A stretch of 64,000 nt of DNA from an uncultured Alphaproteobacteria bacterium (lineage in GTDB: Bacteria > Pseudomonadota > Alphaproteobacteria > Rhizobiales > Hyphomicrobiaceae), in contig CAVTAL010000012.1 of the NCBI GenBank assembly GCA_963732635.1, forward strand, positions 8,308 through 72,307. The letters are read 5' to 3'. Made by a program: the position numbers and the translations under genes. Positions within the stretch are counted from its first letter, which is position 1. Each line of letters begins with the position of its first letter. Below are positions 1 to 9,090 of this stretch, one piece after another. The notes under the pieces are model-generated. The model ran no database searches. It was not told where the DNA came from and saw nothing but the letters and a program-made list of their open reading frames with translations.

Positions 1-1
1 A

Positions 2-502
2 TTTATCCCAGTTGGCGTTCAGCCAATCGGCGGTGAAGCCGAGAAAACCTACCATCGCCGAATACTCGCGCGGCGTCACGGCCAGGATCTTGAGACGCGA
101 GCCGAACAGTTCGGCCATGTATCGGTTGGGCCGGGCCCAGGTGCCGCTGAGGATCAGGCCTGAAATCCGCGCCTCGCTGTCGAGCGCCATCGACTGCAGG
201 ATGACGCCGCCGGTCGAATGGCCGAGCAGCAAGCAACGCTTCGAGCCGACGTGATCGAGCACCGCGTTGGCATCGCGGCCGAGTAGGGCGATGTCGGTAT
301 GCGCGGTGCCGCGCGTGCTGGCGGCGATTCCGCGTTGATCGAAGCGGATAACGCGGAAGTGCTGAGAAAGGGCTGGGATTGTCGGATCCCAGAAGGCGGC
401 GGTGCCGCCGAGGCCGGTCACCAGCATCAGGTCAGGGCCGGCGCCGTCGACGGAAATGGCGAGTTCGGCCCCGTCGGGAAGGGTCAAGCGAGATGCTGTC
501 AT
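2..502 (-). CDS. alpha/beta-fold hydrolase (RutD-like), partial; 3' end outside window
   Basis: Minus-strand frame is open from the ATG at 502-500 to the window edge. It is absent from the ORF track because there is no stop inside the window. My translation is MTASRLTLPDGAELAISVDGAGPDLMLVTGLGGTAAFWDP...CLLLGHSTGGVILQSMAL, which contains the G-H-S-T-G nucleophile elbow. Confidence 0.75.
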   Translation of the reverse strand, partial: MTASRLTLPDGAELAISVDGAGPDLMLVTGLGGTAAFWDPTIPALSQHFRVIRFDQRGIAASTRGTAHTDIALLGRDANAVLDHVGSKRCLLLGHSTGGVILQSMALDSEARISGLILSGTWARPNRYMAELFGSRLKILAVTPREYSAMVGFLGFTADWLNANWDK

Positions 503-511
503 GTGCGGTCC

Positions 512-1030
512 TTATTGCTTCTGGTCGAAGGATTTGTCGGTCCAGCCGAACACTGTGCGGGCCTCGATCTCGGCGATGTTGGCGGGTCTTGGGAATGGCT
601 CGGGCGCCGGTTGCCCCGGAATGCGGTCGCGGCCGATCTCGGCGAAGAACTGGTCGAGCCCACCTGGGATCATCATGACGACGAAAGTCAGCGGCTCATC
701 GTTGGGATTGAGAAAGTGGTGCTTGCGGCCCTTTCCCACGTACACCGTCGTGCCGGCCGCCATCGGATGCTCGACGCCGTCGATGCGGGCAATACCCCGC
801 CCCTCGACGACGTGGATCACCTCCTCTTGTTGGGCGTGTATGTGCTCGCGGATGAAGCACTGCGGTGCGACGGTCTGGGTGCCGAGTGAGAAGTTCGCGG
901 CGCCGCCGGTGGTCTGCTGATTGAGGATGTTGCAGACAAAGCCATTTGCCGGCACCGGCTGCCAGTAGCTGCGGGCCTCGTCGCGCCCGATCACAAGCGC
1001 CCTTTCCTGCGGGGTATCACTCTGATCCAT
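512..1030 (-). CDS. cupin domain protein
   Basis: ORF 512..1045. The cupin motif region is REHIHAQQEEVIHVVEGRG...HPMAAGTTVYV. The ATG at 1030 (MDQSDTPQ) is preferred over the TTG at 1045. The stop lies 10 nt before the start of the downstream hydrolase, so the two are probably an operon. Confidence 0.75.
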   Translation of the reverse strand: MDQSDTPQERALVIGRDEARSYWQPVPANGFVCNILNQQTTGGAANFSLGTQTVAPQCFIREHIHAQQEEVIHVVEGRGIARIDGVEHPMAAGTTVYVGKGRKHHFLNPNDEPLTFVVMMIPGGLDQFFAEIGRDRIPGQPAPEPFPRPANIAEIEARTVFGWTDKSFDQKQ

Positions 1031-1113
1031 GCCGCTCCGTCCCAAACTCGCTGAAGGCTTTCGCCTCAGGCTCGGGTCGAAAGGCCGGTCATGTCAAGCT
1101 GGCAAGCTTAAGC

Positions 1114-1341
1114 TCAGCGCTTGACGCAGCCCTGCATGCAGGCCTGAAACTGGGCGTCGCAACTGGCGCTGCCCTTGGTGCGGATGCGGCAGTCGCTATG
1201 CGCGGCGCGGCAGGCTGACACGCAGGAATTGCCTTCGGCATTGGCGCACGACACCGCGCCGTCGGTGAGGGCAGCGCCGAAGCCGGTCAACGCCGTGATC
1301 GATGCCAGGCCCGCGAGCATGATAAAAGAACGTCTGCGCAT
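1114..1341 (-). CDS. small secreted cysteine-rich protein (75 aa), function unknown
   Basis: ATG start with an N-terminal signal-like segment MRRRSFIMLAGLASITALTGFGAA. The mature part carries 7 Cys in a mirrored C-X3-C-X6-C-X9-C-X6-C-X3-C layout. Confidence 0.55.
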   Translation of the reverse strand: MRRRSFIMLAGLASITALTGFGAALTDGAVSCANAEGNSCVSACRAAHSDCRIRTKGSASCDAQFQACMQGCVKR

Positions 1342-1683
1342 GGCCTACTCCCTTGACCGGGAAGAATTTTATTTGAATCGGAACGGCCAAGTTCACATGT
1401 CCAAAGCCGCCGCTCGGTGTTGCTTCCAGCCGACTACGCCCTCTACGATGAACGGAACCTGAACCGGATTTGAGCGCCAAGGATAGCTTGGACCCGCGCG
1501 CTGTCAGTTCACGATTTCGCGTGCTCGATCCGGATCGTACTCCAAGGCTCGCGCCGTGGCCTGGATCGCGCCTCGTAGCTGTCTGCATCTGTCGGGCATT
1601 TGACCTTGGCCGTTGCCCCCCGGCCCTAGCTCTCGTAAGTAGCGACACCTGTTGAACGAAAAGCCCCAAGGCCGGTCACGCCC

Positions 1684-3807
1684 ATGTCCGAACTATTGCT
1701 CGAACTATTCTCCGAGGAAATCCCCGCCCGCATGCAGGCGCGTGCCGCCGAAGATCTGGGCAAGTTGGTGGGCGACGGCCTGAAAGCGGCGGGCCTCGCG
1801 ACTGGTGAAATGCGTACCTACACGACGCCGCGCCGCCTGACCCTGGTGATCGACAAGGTTGCAGCCGGGTCGGACGCCGTGCGCGAGGAAAAGAAGGGGC
1901 CGCGCACGAACGCGCCAGATCAGGCAATCCAGGGGTTCCTGAAAGGCGCCGGCTTCAAGTCGCTTGATGAGGCGACGTTGGTCAAGGACGCCAAGAAGGG
2001 TGACTTCTACGTCGCAGTCATCGAGAAGCCGGGCCGGCCAGCCGCGGATATCATTGCCGCTGTGGTGGTGGATACCATCGCCAAATTTCCGTGGCCGAAG
2101 TCGATGCGCTGGGGCGCGGGGATGCTCGCGTGGGTTCGGCCACTGCATTCGATCTTGTGCCTGCTCGGCGGTAAAGTGGTGCCGGTTGTAGTCGGCGGCA
2201 TCGAGGCGTCGGATTCGACCGAAGGACATCGCTTTCTTTCGCCCGGCCGTTTCAAAGTCCGCGATTTCGCCGACTACGAAAAAAAGCTGAAGGCCGCACA
2301 TGTGCTGATTGATCCGGCAGAACGCAGCCGGATGATCGGCGAACAGGCCAAGGCGATCGCGAAGGCCAACAAGCTCGAATTGGTCGAGGACGAGGGCTTG
2401 CTCGCCGAAAACGCTGGGCTCAACGAGTGGCCGACCGTTCTGATGGGCACATTCGATGAATTGTTCCTCGACGTGCCGGCCGAGTGCCTGACAACGTCGA
2501 TGAGGGCGCACCAGAAGTGCTTTTCACTACGTGATCCCAAGACCGGAAAACTCGCCAATCGCTTTTTGCTGGTGTCTAACCTCATCGCCAGCGACGGCGG
2601 CAAGGAAATCATCCACGGCAACCAGAAGGTGATCCGGGCTCGGCTCAGCGATGCCAAGTTCTTCTGGGATCAAGACCTGAAACGCAAGCTAGAGCCGATG
2701 CACTTCGAGCTCAAAGGCATCACCTTCCACGAGAAACTTGGTTCGCAGTGGGACCGCATGGAGCGGATCACCGAACTTGCCCGCCAGATCGCTGGTGCGG
2801 TTGACGCCGAACCGGAACTCGCTGGTCGTGCCGCGCAGTTATGCAAGGCTGATCTCGTATCCGGCATGGTTGGCGAGTTCCCCGAGCTGCAAGGCTTGAT
2901 GGGCCGCTACCTCGCCGAGGCCGAGCATATGGACCCGCGCATCGCGCGCGCCATCGAGCTGCACTACAAGCCAAGGGGCGCCGGTGACACGGTGCCGCGC
3001 GAAGACCAGGGCGACGCAGTCGCGATCGCGGTGGCGCTGGCCGACAAGCTCGACACGCTGGTTGGCTTTTGGGCGATCAACGAAAAGCCGACCGGTTCCG
3101 GCGATCCCTATCAGCTGCGCCGCGCGGCGCTGGGTTTCATCCGGATCGTGCTGGAGAACGACCTGCGACTGCCACTGCTGCCGGCAATCCAAAAGCATTA
3201 TACTGATCGACTCACCAAGCCGACGTCGACACTGTCGCCGACCGAGGTACTGGTGCGCGGCGTCGACGCCCATGCGCTGGGACTCGATCTGTTGTCGTTC
3301 TTCGCCGATCGTCTCAAGGTCTACATGCGCGATCAGGGCGCGCGGCACGACCTGATCGACGCGGTATTCGCGCTCGGCGGTCAGGATGACCTCGCGCTGA
3401 TCGTCAAGCGGGTCAACGCGTTGGGCGAATTCCTCAAGACCGACGACGGCGCCAACCTGCTCGCCGGCGTCAAGCGCGCGGCAAATATCCTAGGGCTCGA
3501 GGAGAAAAAGGATAAGGACAGCTATGCTGGTGCCTATGATCTGAAGCTCCTGAAAGAGCCGGAAGAGCTGAAACTCGCCGCCGCCATCGAGAGCGTGAAG
3601 CAGGACACCACGGCCGCGATCAATGTCGAGAACTTCGCCGGCGCCATGCGGGCGCTGGCCGAATTGCGAAGTCCTGTCGACGCCTTCTTTGAGAAGGTGA
3701 CCGTTAATGACAAAGACCCCGACATCCGCCGCAATCGGCTCAAAATGCTGTCCGAGATCCGAACCGCGACCCTGCAGGTTGCGGATTTTTCGAAAATCGC
3801 GGGGTGA
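1684..3807 (+). CDS. glyS: glycine--tRNA ligase beta subunit
   Basis: 707-aa ORF with an ATG start. The N-terminus MSELLLELFSEEIPARMQ and full-length architecture are typical of bacterial GlyS. Confidence 0.97.
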   Translation: MSELLLELFSEEIPARMQARAAEDLGKLVGDGLKAAGLATGEMRTYTTPRRLTLVIDKVAAGSDAVREEKKGPRTNAPDQAIQGFLKGAGFKSLDEATLVKDAKKGDFYVAVIEKPGRPAADIIAAVVVDTIAKFPWPKSMRWGAGMLAWVRPLHSILCLLGGKVVPVVVGGIEASDSTEGHRFLSPGRFKVRDFADYEKKLKAAHVLIDPAERSRMIGEQAKAIAKANKLELVEDEGLLAENAGLNEWPTVLMGTFDELFLDVPAECLTTSMRAHQKCFSLRDPKTGKLANRFLLVSNLIASDGGKEIIHGNQKVIRARLSDAKFFWDQDLKRKLEPMHFELKGITFHEKLGSQWDRMERITELARQIAGAVDAEPELAGRAAQLCKADLVSGMVGEFPELQGLMGRYLAEAEHMDPRIARAIELHYKPRGAGDTVPREDQGDAVAIAVALADKLDTLVGFWAINEKPTGSGDPYQLRRAALGFIRIVLENDLRLPLLPAIQKHYTDRLTKPTSTLSPTEVLVRGVDAHALGLDLLSFFADRLKVYMRDQGARHDLIDAVFALGGQDDLALIVKRVNALGEFLKTDDGANLLAGVKRAANILGLEEKKDKDSYAGAYDLKLLKEPEELKLAAAIESVKQDTTAAINVENFAGAMRALAELRSPVDAFFEKVTVNDKDPDIRRNRLKMLSEIRTATLQVADFSKIAG

Positions 3808-3973
3808 AGTTGTGCAGCACGATTCTCCCGGCTTGCCTTCCCAGAAGGGCCACGGCGATGGGCGTATCCGGGGGCGTGTCCCATTGGTCAGGCCGCGATT
3901 CTGGGTCTTGTCGCTTACGCGCGCTTCCGGGCATGCAGAGGCTGGTATTGCCTTATGTTGTTGACGACGGTGC

Positions 3974-4879
3974 GTGCGCCCCATGACTTCCGCCCCACAA
4001 ATCTTCGATACGGCTCAACTCGCGCGCTACCGGCAACGCGCGGCGGCGAAGATTGGCGCGCATGATTTTCTGCTGCAGCGGGTTTCCGAGGATTTCGCCG
4101 ACCGGCTCGATGCGGTGAAACGGCAGTTCAGGCAAGTCCTCGATCTCGGCGCGCATCACGGTGTCATTGGCCGCGCGCTAGGGAACAGGCCGGGTATCGC
4201 GAACGTCATCAGCGCCGATGCGTCGCCGGCAATGCTCGAACAATGCCCAGAGTCGCGCGTGCTGTGCGATCTTGAGGAACTGCCGTTCGCCGAGGCACAA
4301 TTCGACCTCGTGGTGTCGGGTCTCGCGCTTCACCTCGTCAATGACCTGCCCGGCACGCTGATCCAGATCCGCCGCATCCTGAAGCCGGACGGACTGTTCC
4401 TTGGGGCGGTGCTTGGCGGTGCGACGCTCACCGAACTGCGTCAGGCCTTCGTCGAGGCCGAATCCGAAATCGAAGGTGGAGCAAGCCCGCGCGTCGCACC
4501 ATTCGCTGACGTGCGCGATCTGGGCAGCCTGCTGCAGCGGGCAGGCTTCGCGCTGCCGGTGGTCGATGCCGATATGATCACCGTTGCCTACGCGACGCCG
4601 CTGCACCTGATGCGCGAGATCCGCGCGTTTGGCGCCGCCAACATGCTGGTCGAGCGGCGGCGCACGCCACTGAAACGGGCAACCTTGATGCGCGCCGCCG
4701 AAATCTATGCCGAGCGGTTCTCGCGTGCCGACGGCCGCGTCACCGCGACGTTCGAGATCATCACGCTGACCGGCTGGGCGCCGCACGAAAGTCAGCAGAA
4801 ACCGTTGCGCCCCGGTTCAGCCAAGACGCGCCTCGCCGATGCCTTGGGAGTGCCTGAGTACAAGCCCGACGAGAAATAG
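3974..4879 (+). CDS. class I SAM-dependent methyltransferase-fold protein, NDUFAF5-like
   Basis: 301-aa ORF with GTG at 3974 or ATG at 3983. Segments IFDTAQLARYRQRA, LHLVNDLPGTLIQIRRILKPDGLFLGAVLGGATLTELRQAF and GGASPRVAPFADVRDLGSLLQRAGF align by eye with my recollection of human NDUFAF5. Confidence 0.85.
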   Translation: MRPMTSAPQIFDTAQLARYRQRAAAKIGAHDFLLQRVSEDFADRLDAVKRQFRQVLDLGAHHGVIGRALGNRPGIANVISADASPAMLEQCPESRVLCDLEELPFAEAQFDLVVSGLALHLVNDLPGTLIQIRRILKPDGLFLGAVLGGATLTELRQAFVEAESEIEGGASPRVAPFADVRDLGSLLQRAGFALPVVDADMITVAYATPLHLMREIRAFGAANMLVERRRTPLKRATLMRAAEIYAERFSRADGRVTATFEIITLTGWAPHESQQKPLRPGSAKTRLADALGVPEYKPDEK

Positions 4880-4885
4880 CGCGAA

Positions 4886-5842
4886 CTACTTCAACACAAC
4901 ATCCGTTGCGGCCTTCGGCACGATCGCGCCGCGATGCTGGATGACGACGCCGGCCAGCCGATGGGCGAGAACGGCAGCATCGGCCGGCGCATCACCGGCC
5001 AGCCGGCGCGCGAGATAGCCTGCGTTGAAGCTGTCGCCGGCGGCCGTGGTGTCGACCGGCTTCACGGTCTCGGGACAAGCAACCAGCGTGTCGTGGCCGG
5101 CGGATCGGATCAGCGCGCCCTCGGCTCCCTGTTTGACGATGATTTCCGATACCCCGAGCGCAGAAAGGCGGTCAGCGGTACTATTCGGTGTGGCGTCGTT
5201 CCATAGCGCCTGTTCGTCGTCGAAGGTCGGCAGCGCAATGTGGCTCAGGGCCCAGAACCGCGCGAACGTCGACCGTGCGCGTTCAATATCCCCGCCCCAG
5301 CCGCGCGGCCGGTAGTTGCTATCCATGGCGATGGTCGCACCACGCGCACGCGCGCGCCCTAGCGCTTGGGCAAAAGCGTCGAGGCCTTTTGGCGCATAGA
5401 GTGACAGTGTGATGCCGGAAAAATAGACGAGGCGGGCGCTGGCGACGGCGTCTGCAACCGTGGGTGCGTTCGCGCATTCGAACAGCTCACGGGCAGCGGC
5501 GCGGTCGCGCCAGTACCAGAACGAGCGTTCGCCCTCGGGTGTGGTCTCGATCAGATATAGGCCCGGCATGCGGCCCGGCAGAATGGTGATAAGGTCGGTC
5601 GAGACCTGCTCGGCGCGCGCAGCAGCCACAATGCCTCGACTGTAGGGATCGTCGCCGATTGCTGTTGCGTAGGCAACTGCGACGCCGGCGCGGACCATGT
5701 AAGCCGCAGTATTGAAAGTGTCACCGCCGAAGGCCAGGGCGAAACGGCCATCGGTACCGCGCGACAATTCGACCATGCACTCACCGATTGAAATCACGGC
5801 GCCGGATGGGCGGATGGCAACGGCGGCTGCGGGTTTGGGCAT
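4886..5842 (-). CDS. kdgK: PfkB-family sugar kinase, 2-dehydro-3-deoxygluconokinase-like
   Basis: ORF 4886..5893. The ATG at 5842 (MPKPAAAVAIRPSGAVISIGECMVEL) is the likely start. The C-terminal TTAAGDSFNAGYLA motif is characteristic of ribokinase/PfkB kinases. Confidence 0.8.
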   Translation of the reverse strand: MPKPAAAVAIRPSGAVISIGECMVELSRGTDGRFALAFGGDTFNTAAYMVRAGVAVAYATAIGDDPYSRGIVAAARAEQVSTDLITILPGRMPGLYLIETTPEGERSFWYWRDRAAARELFECANAPTVADAVASARLVYFSGITLSLYAPKGLDAFAQALGRARARGATIAMDSNYRPRGWGGDIERARSTFARFWALSHIALPTFDDEQALWNDATPNSTADRLSALGVSEIIVKQGAEGALIRSAGHDTLVACPETVKPVDTTAAGDSFNAGYLARRLAGDAPADAAVLAHRLAGVVIQHRGAIVPKAATDVVLK

Positions 5843-5972
5843 GGCGATGTTCGGGCTCGGTGGTAACGGTGATGGCGGTTGGCAGCAAAGCACGGCGGCC
5901 CCCGCCTTGAAAGGTCCGCCGATCTGGCCTACGCCTCGCCCATTCGGGACGCACTCGCCTCGGGGATTCGCG

Positions 5973-7289
5973 ATGAAAATCTGTATGATTGGCGCCGGCT
6001 ATGTCGGGCTCGTCTCGGCGGTCTGTTTTTCAGAGTTCGGCTGGACCGTGACCTGCGTCGACAAGGAGCAGTCGCGCATCGACAGTCTGCTGCGCGGCGA
6101 GGTGCCGATCTACGAGCCCGGCCTCGACGATCTGATGGTGCGCAATGTCGCGGCCAAGCGACTGTTCTTCACCAAGGATCTGGCGGCGGCGGCGAGCGAC
6201 GCCGATCTGATCTTCCTCGCCGTCGGCACGCCGATGCGCCGGGGCGACGGCCACGCCGACCTGTCCTATGTGTTCCAGGCGGTCGAGGAGATCGCGCCGC
6301 ACTTGAACGGCTTCACGGTGCTGACCACCAAGTCGACGGTGCCGGTCGGCACCAGCCGCGAGATCGAGCGCCGGCTGCGCAGCCTTCGCCCCGACGCCGA
6401 CTTCGCCGTGTGCTCGAACCCGGAGTTCCTGCGCGAGGGCTCGGCGATCCAGGACTTCACCCATCCCGACCGGGTGCTGGTCGGCTGCGACGAGCCGCGC
6501 GCCAAGGCGGTGATGGAGCGCCTCTACAAGCCGCTCGCCTTGCGCAATGCGCCGTTGATGTTCGTCAATCGGGAATCGGCGGAGCTGGCGAAGTATGCCG
6601 CCAACGCCTTCCTTGCCATGAAGATCAGCTTTATCAACGAGGTGGCGGATCTTTGCGAGGAAGTGGGCGCCGACGTGCAGGAAGTGGCGAGTGCCATCGG
6701 CAAGGACCGGCGGATCGGCGACAAGTTCCTGCATCCGGGGCCGGGCTATGGCGGCTCGTGCTTCCCGAAGGACGTGTCGGCGCTGGCCCGCACCGCCCGC
6801 GAGCATCGCGCGCCGCTGTCGCTGATCGAGCAGGTCGGCCGCGTCAACGACGAGCGCAAGATCGCGATGGCCGGCCGCATCGAGAAGGCCGCCGGCGGCT
6901 CGGTGCGCGACAAGACGGTGGCGATATTGGGCGTCACCTTCAAGCCCAACACCGACGACATGCGCGACGCGCCGAGCCTCGTTATCGTGCCGATGCTGGT
7001 CGAGAGGGGCGCGCGGGTGCAGGTCTACGATCCGCAAGGGCGCAAGCACGGCGAGAAGGAACTCGAAGGCGTGGCGTGGTGCGAGGATGCGCTGGCGGCG
7101 GCGGCGGGCGCCGACGTCACGGTGGTGCTGACCGAGTGGAACGAGTTCCGCGCGCTCAGTCTCGAGGCGCTGAAAGCCGCCATGCGTGGTAATGCGCTGA
7201 TCGACCTGCGCAACATGTTCCAGCCGCAAGACGCGATCGCGGCCGGCTTCAGCTACACCAGCATCGGCCGGCCGGCGAAGGTTGGGTGA
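5973..7289 (+). CDS. ugd: UDP-glucose 6-dehydrogenase
   Basis: In-frame ATG at 5973 gives MKICMIGAGYVGLV (Rossmann motif). The catalytic GGSCFPKD motif is present. The upstream part of the 525-aa ORF overlaps the kdgK start region and looks non-coding. Confidence 0.93.
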   Translation: MKICMIGAGYVGLVSAVCFSEFGWTVTCVDKEQSRIDSLLRGEVPIYEPGLDDLMVRNVAAKRLFFTKDLAAAASDADLIFLAVGTPMRRGDGHADLSYVFQAVEEIAPHLNGFTVLTTKSTVPVGTSREIERRLRSLRPDADFAVCSNPEFLREGSAIQDFTHPDRVLVGCDEPRAKAVMERLYKPLALRNAPLMFVNRESAELAKYAANAFLAMKISFINEVADLCEEVGADVQEVASAIGKDRRIGDKFLHPGPGYGGSCFPKDVSALARTAREHRAPLSLIEQVGRVNDERKIAMAGRIEKAAGGSVRDKTVAILGVTFKPNTDDMRDAPSLVIVPMLVERGARVQVYDPQGRKHGEKELEGVAWCEDALAAAAGADVTVVLTEWNEFRALSLEALKAAMRGNALIDLRNMFQPQDAIAAGFSYTSIGRPAKVG

Positions 7290-7359
7290 CGGGGATGCGG
7301 GCGGCGGAATCCGGCCGGCGCTGCAACTCAATTATCGGTAGACGGGGTTTGTCATTGTC

Positions 7360-9090
7360 ATGATCGAACTGCATGCCGATCCACCCAAGGCGCCGCGTGT
7401 TGCGGTCACGCTTGGCGGCGCGTTGAACTGGTTCCGGCAGGCTTGGGACCGTACCTCCGGCGGCAATCCATGGCTGCTGACCGGCGCGCTCGTACTGTGC
7501 GCCATCGTGGCGCTGCCGATCCTCACAGTGCTGTCGAATATCTTCGCAACGTCGAACGGCACCCTCGGTCACCTCGCCCGCACCATCTTGCCGGGGATTC
7601 TGTTCAATACGATTGGATTGCTGCTGCTGGTTGGGATCGGCACGGCGGTGATCGGTACCGGCTGCGCCTGGCTCGTCACCATGTACAAGTTCCCACTGAG
7701 CAGCGTTTTTGCATGGCTCTTGATGCTGCCAATGGCGATGCCAGCATATATTATTGGTTATGCCTATACCGATTTCCTGACCTTCGCCGGACCGCTACAG
7801 AGCGGGCTGAGAGCGGCGTTCGGCTGGACCCGTGACGATTACTGGTTTCCGAATCTGCAGAGCCTCTGGGGCGTCAGCCTGATGCTGACGCTTGTGCTCT
7901 ATCCGTACGTCTATTTTCTGACGCGCTCGGCGTTCCTCGACCAGTCGCTGACTGCGCTCGATGTCGCGCGCACGCTCGGCCACAGCGGTCGCGACCGCTT
8001 CTTCAAGGTGGCGCTCCCGCTCGCCCGGCCGTCGATCGCGGCTGGGCTGGCGCTCGCGCTGATGGAGACGCTGGCCGACCTTGGCACGGTGCAGTATTTT
8101 GGCATCGACACGTTCACGACGGCGATCTACCGCACTTGGTTCGGCATGGGCGACCGCATCGCCGCCGGCAAGCTCGCCAGCGGCCTCTTACTGTTCGTCG
8201 CCATCCTGGTCGTGCTTGAGCAGTGGGCGCGCCGGCAGAGCCGGTTCCACGCCAAGGGCCGCAAGCAGTGGGTGATCTCGCGCACCAAGCTGACAGGTTG
8301 GCGCAGCGCTCTGGCGGTTGCCGCGTGCGTGACACCGGTGCTGCTCGGCTTCTTGGTTCCGGTTGCCATCCTGCTAGGACTGCATTTCGAAGGCGGCGAT
8401 AATCTGTTCGGCACGCGTTTCCTCAGGCTGGCCTGGAATACCTTTTCGCTGGCTGGTGTCGCGGCAGTGATCGTCACCGCCGCCGGCTTGTTCGTCGCCT
8501 ACACCCTGCGGCTCGCCACATCCGAGCGGCTACGCAGTCTACTCAGGCTCGCGACCTTCGGATATGCGCTGCCCGGCACGGTGATCGCGGTCGGCATCCT
8601 GGTTTCGCTCGGTGCCATTGATAGAGGTCTCGATGGGGCGTTTCGAAGCGTGTTCGGAATCTCGACCGGGTTATTGTTGAGCGGCAGTATCGCGGCGCTG
8701 CTTTTTGCCTATCTGGTTCGGTTCCTGGCGGTGGCGGTCGGTGGGCTCGAGGCCGGCTTCGGACGGATCCCGGAAAGCATGGATCAGGTCGCGCGAACGC
8801 TTGGCTGCACCAGTGGCGAAGTGATGAGGCGGGTGCATCTACCACTACTCAGCCGACCACTGATGACTGCTAGCGTGCTGGTCTTCGTTGATGTGCTGAA
8901 GGAATTGCCGGCGACACTGATCATCCGACCATTTAATTTCGATACGCTCGCCGTACGGGTTTACCAACTGGCCGCCGACGAGCGCCTCGCCGAAGCGTCG
9001 ACCGGTGCACTCGTGATTGTTTCCATCGGGTTGTTGTCCGTCGGGCTGCTGGCCAGTCTGGTGCGCGGCGCCAAACGAAGTATGAGATAG
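7360..9090 (+). CDS. two-domain ABC transporter permease, Fe(3+)/thiamine (FbpB/ThiP) type
   Basis: 576-aa, highly hydrophobic ORF with a duplicated permease core. No ATPase or solute-binding gene is adjacent. Confidence 0.85.
   Translation: MIELHADPPKAPRVAVTLGGALNWFRQAWDRTSGGNPWLLTGALVLCAIVALPILTVLSNIFATSNGTLGHLARTILPGILFNTIGLLLLVGIGTAVIGTGCAWLVTMYKFPLSSVFAWLLMLPMAMPAYIIGYAYTDFLTFAGPLQSGLRAAFGWTRDDYWFPNLQSLWGVSLMLTLVLYPYVYFLTRSAFLDQSLTALDVARTLGHSGRDRFFKVALPLARPSIAAGLALALMETLADLGTVQYFGIDTFTTAIYRTWFGMGDRIAAGKLASGLLLFVAILVVLEQWARRQSRFHAKGRKQWVISRTKLTGWRSALAVAACVTPVLLGFLVPVAILLGLHFEGGDNLFGTRFLRLAWNTFSLAGVAAVIVTAAGLFVAYTLRLATSERLRSLLRLATFGYALPGTVIAVGILVSLGAIDRGLDGAFRSVFGISTGLLLSGSIAALLFAYLVRFLAVAVGGLEAGFGRIPESMDQVARTLGCTSGEVMRRVHLPLLSRPLMTASVLVFVDVLKELPATLIIRPFNFDTLAVRVYQLAADERLAEASTGALVIVSIGLLSVGLLASLVRGAKRSMR

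Noticed and set aside
6030-7331. Long antisense or alternative-frame ORFs opposite real genes. Examples: 6030..7331(-), 5879..7192(+), 13625..15106(+), 23386..24606(+), 25099..26148(-), 31359..32504(+), 42772..43947(-), 47858..48727(-), 54870..56258(+), 58861..60159(-).
   Set aside because: Their translations are Arg/Ala/Gly/Pro/His-rich with no motifs. They overlap genes with unambiguous family signatures, the expected artefact of stop-codon-poor GC-rich DNA.
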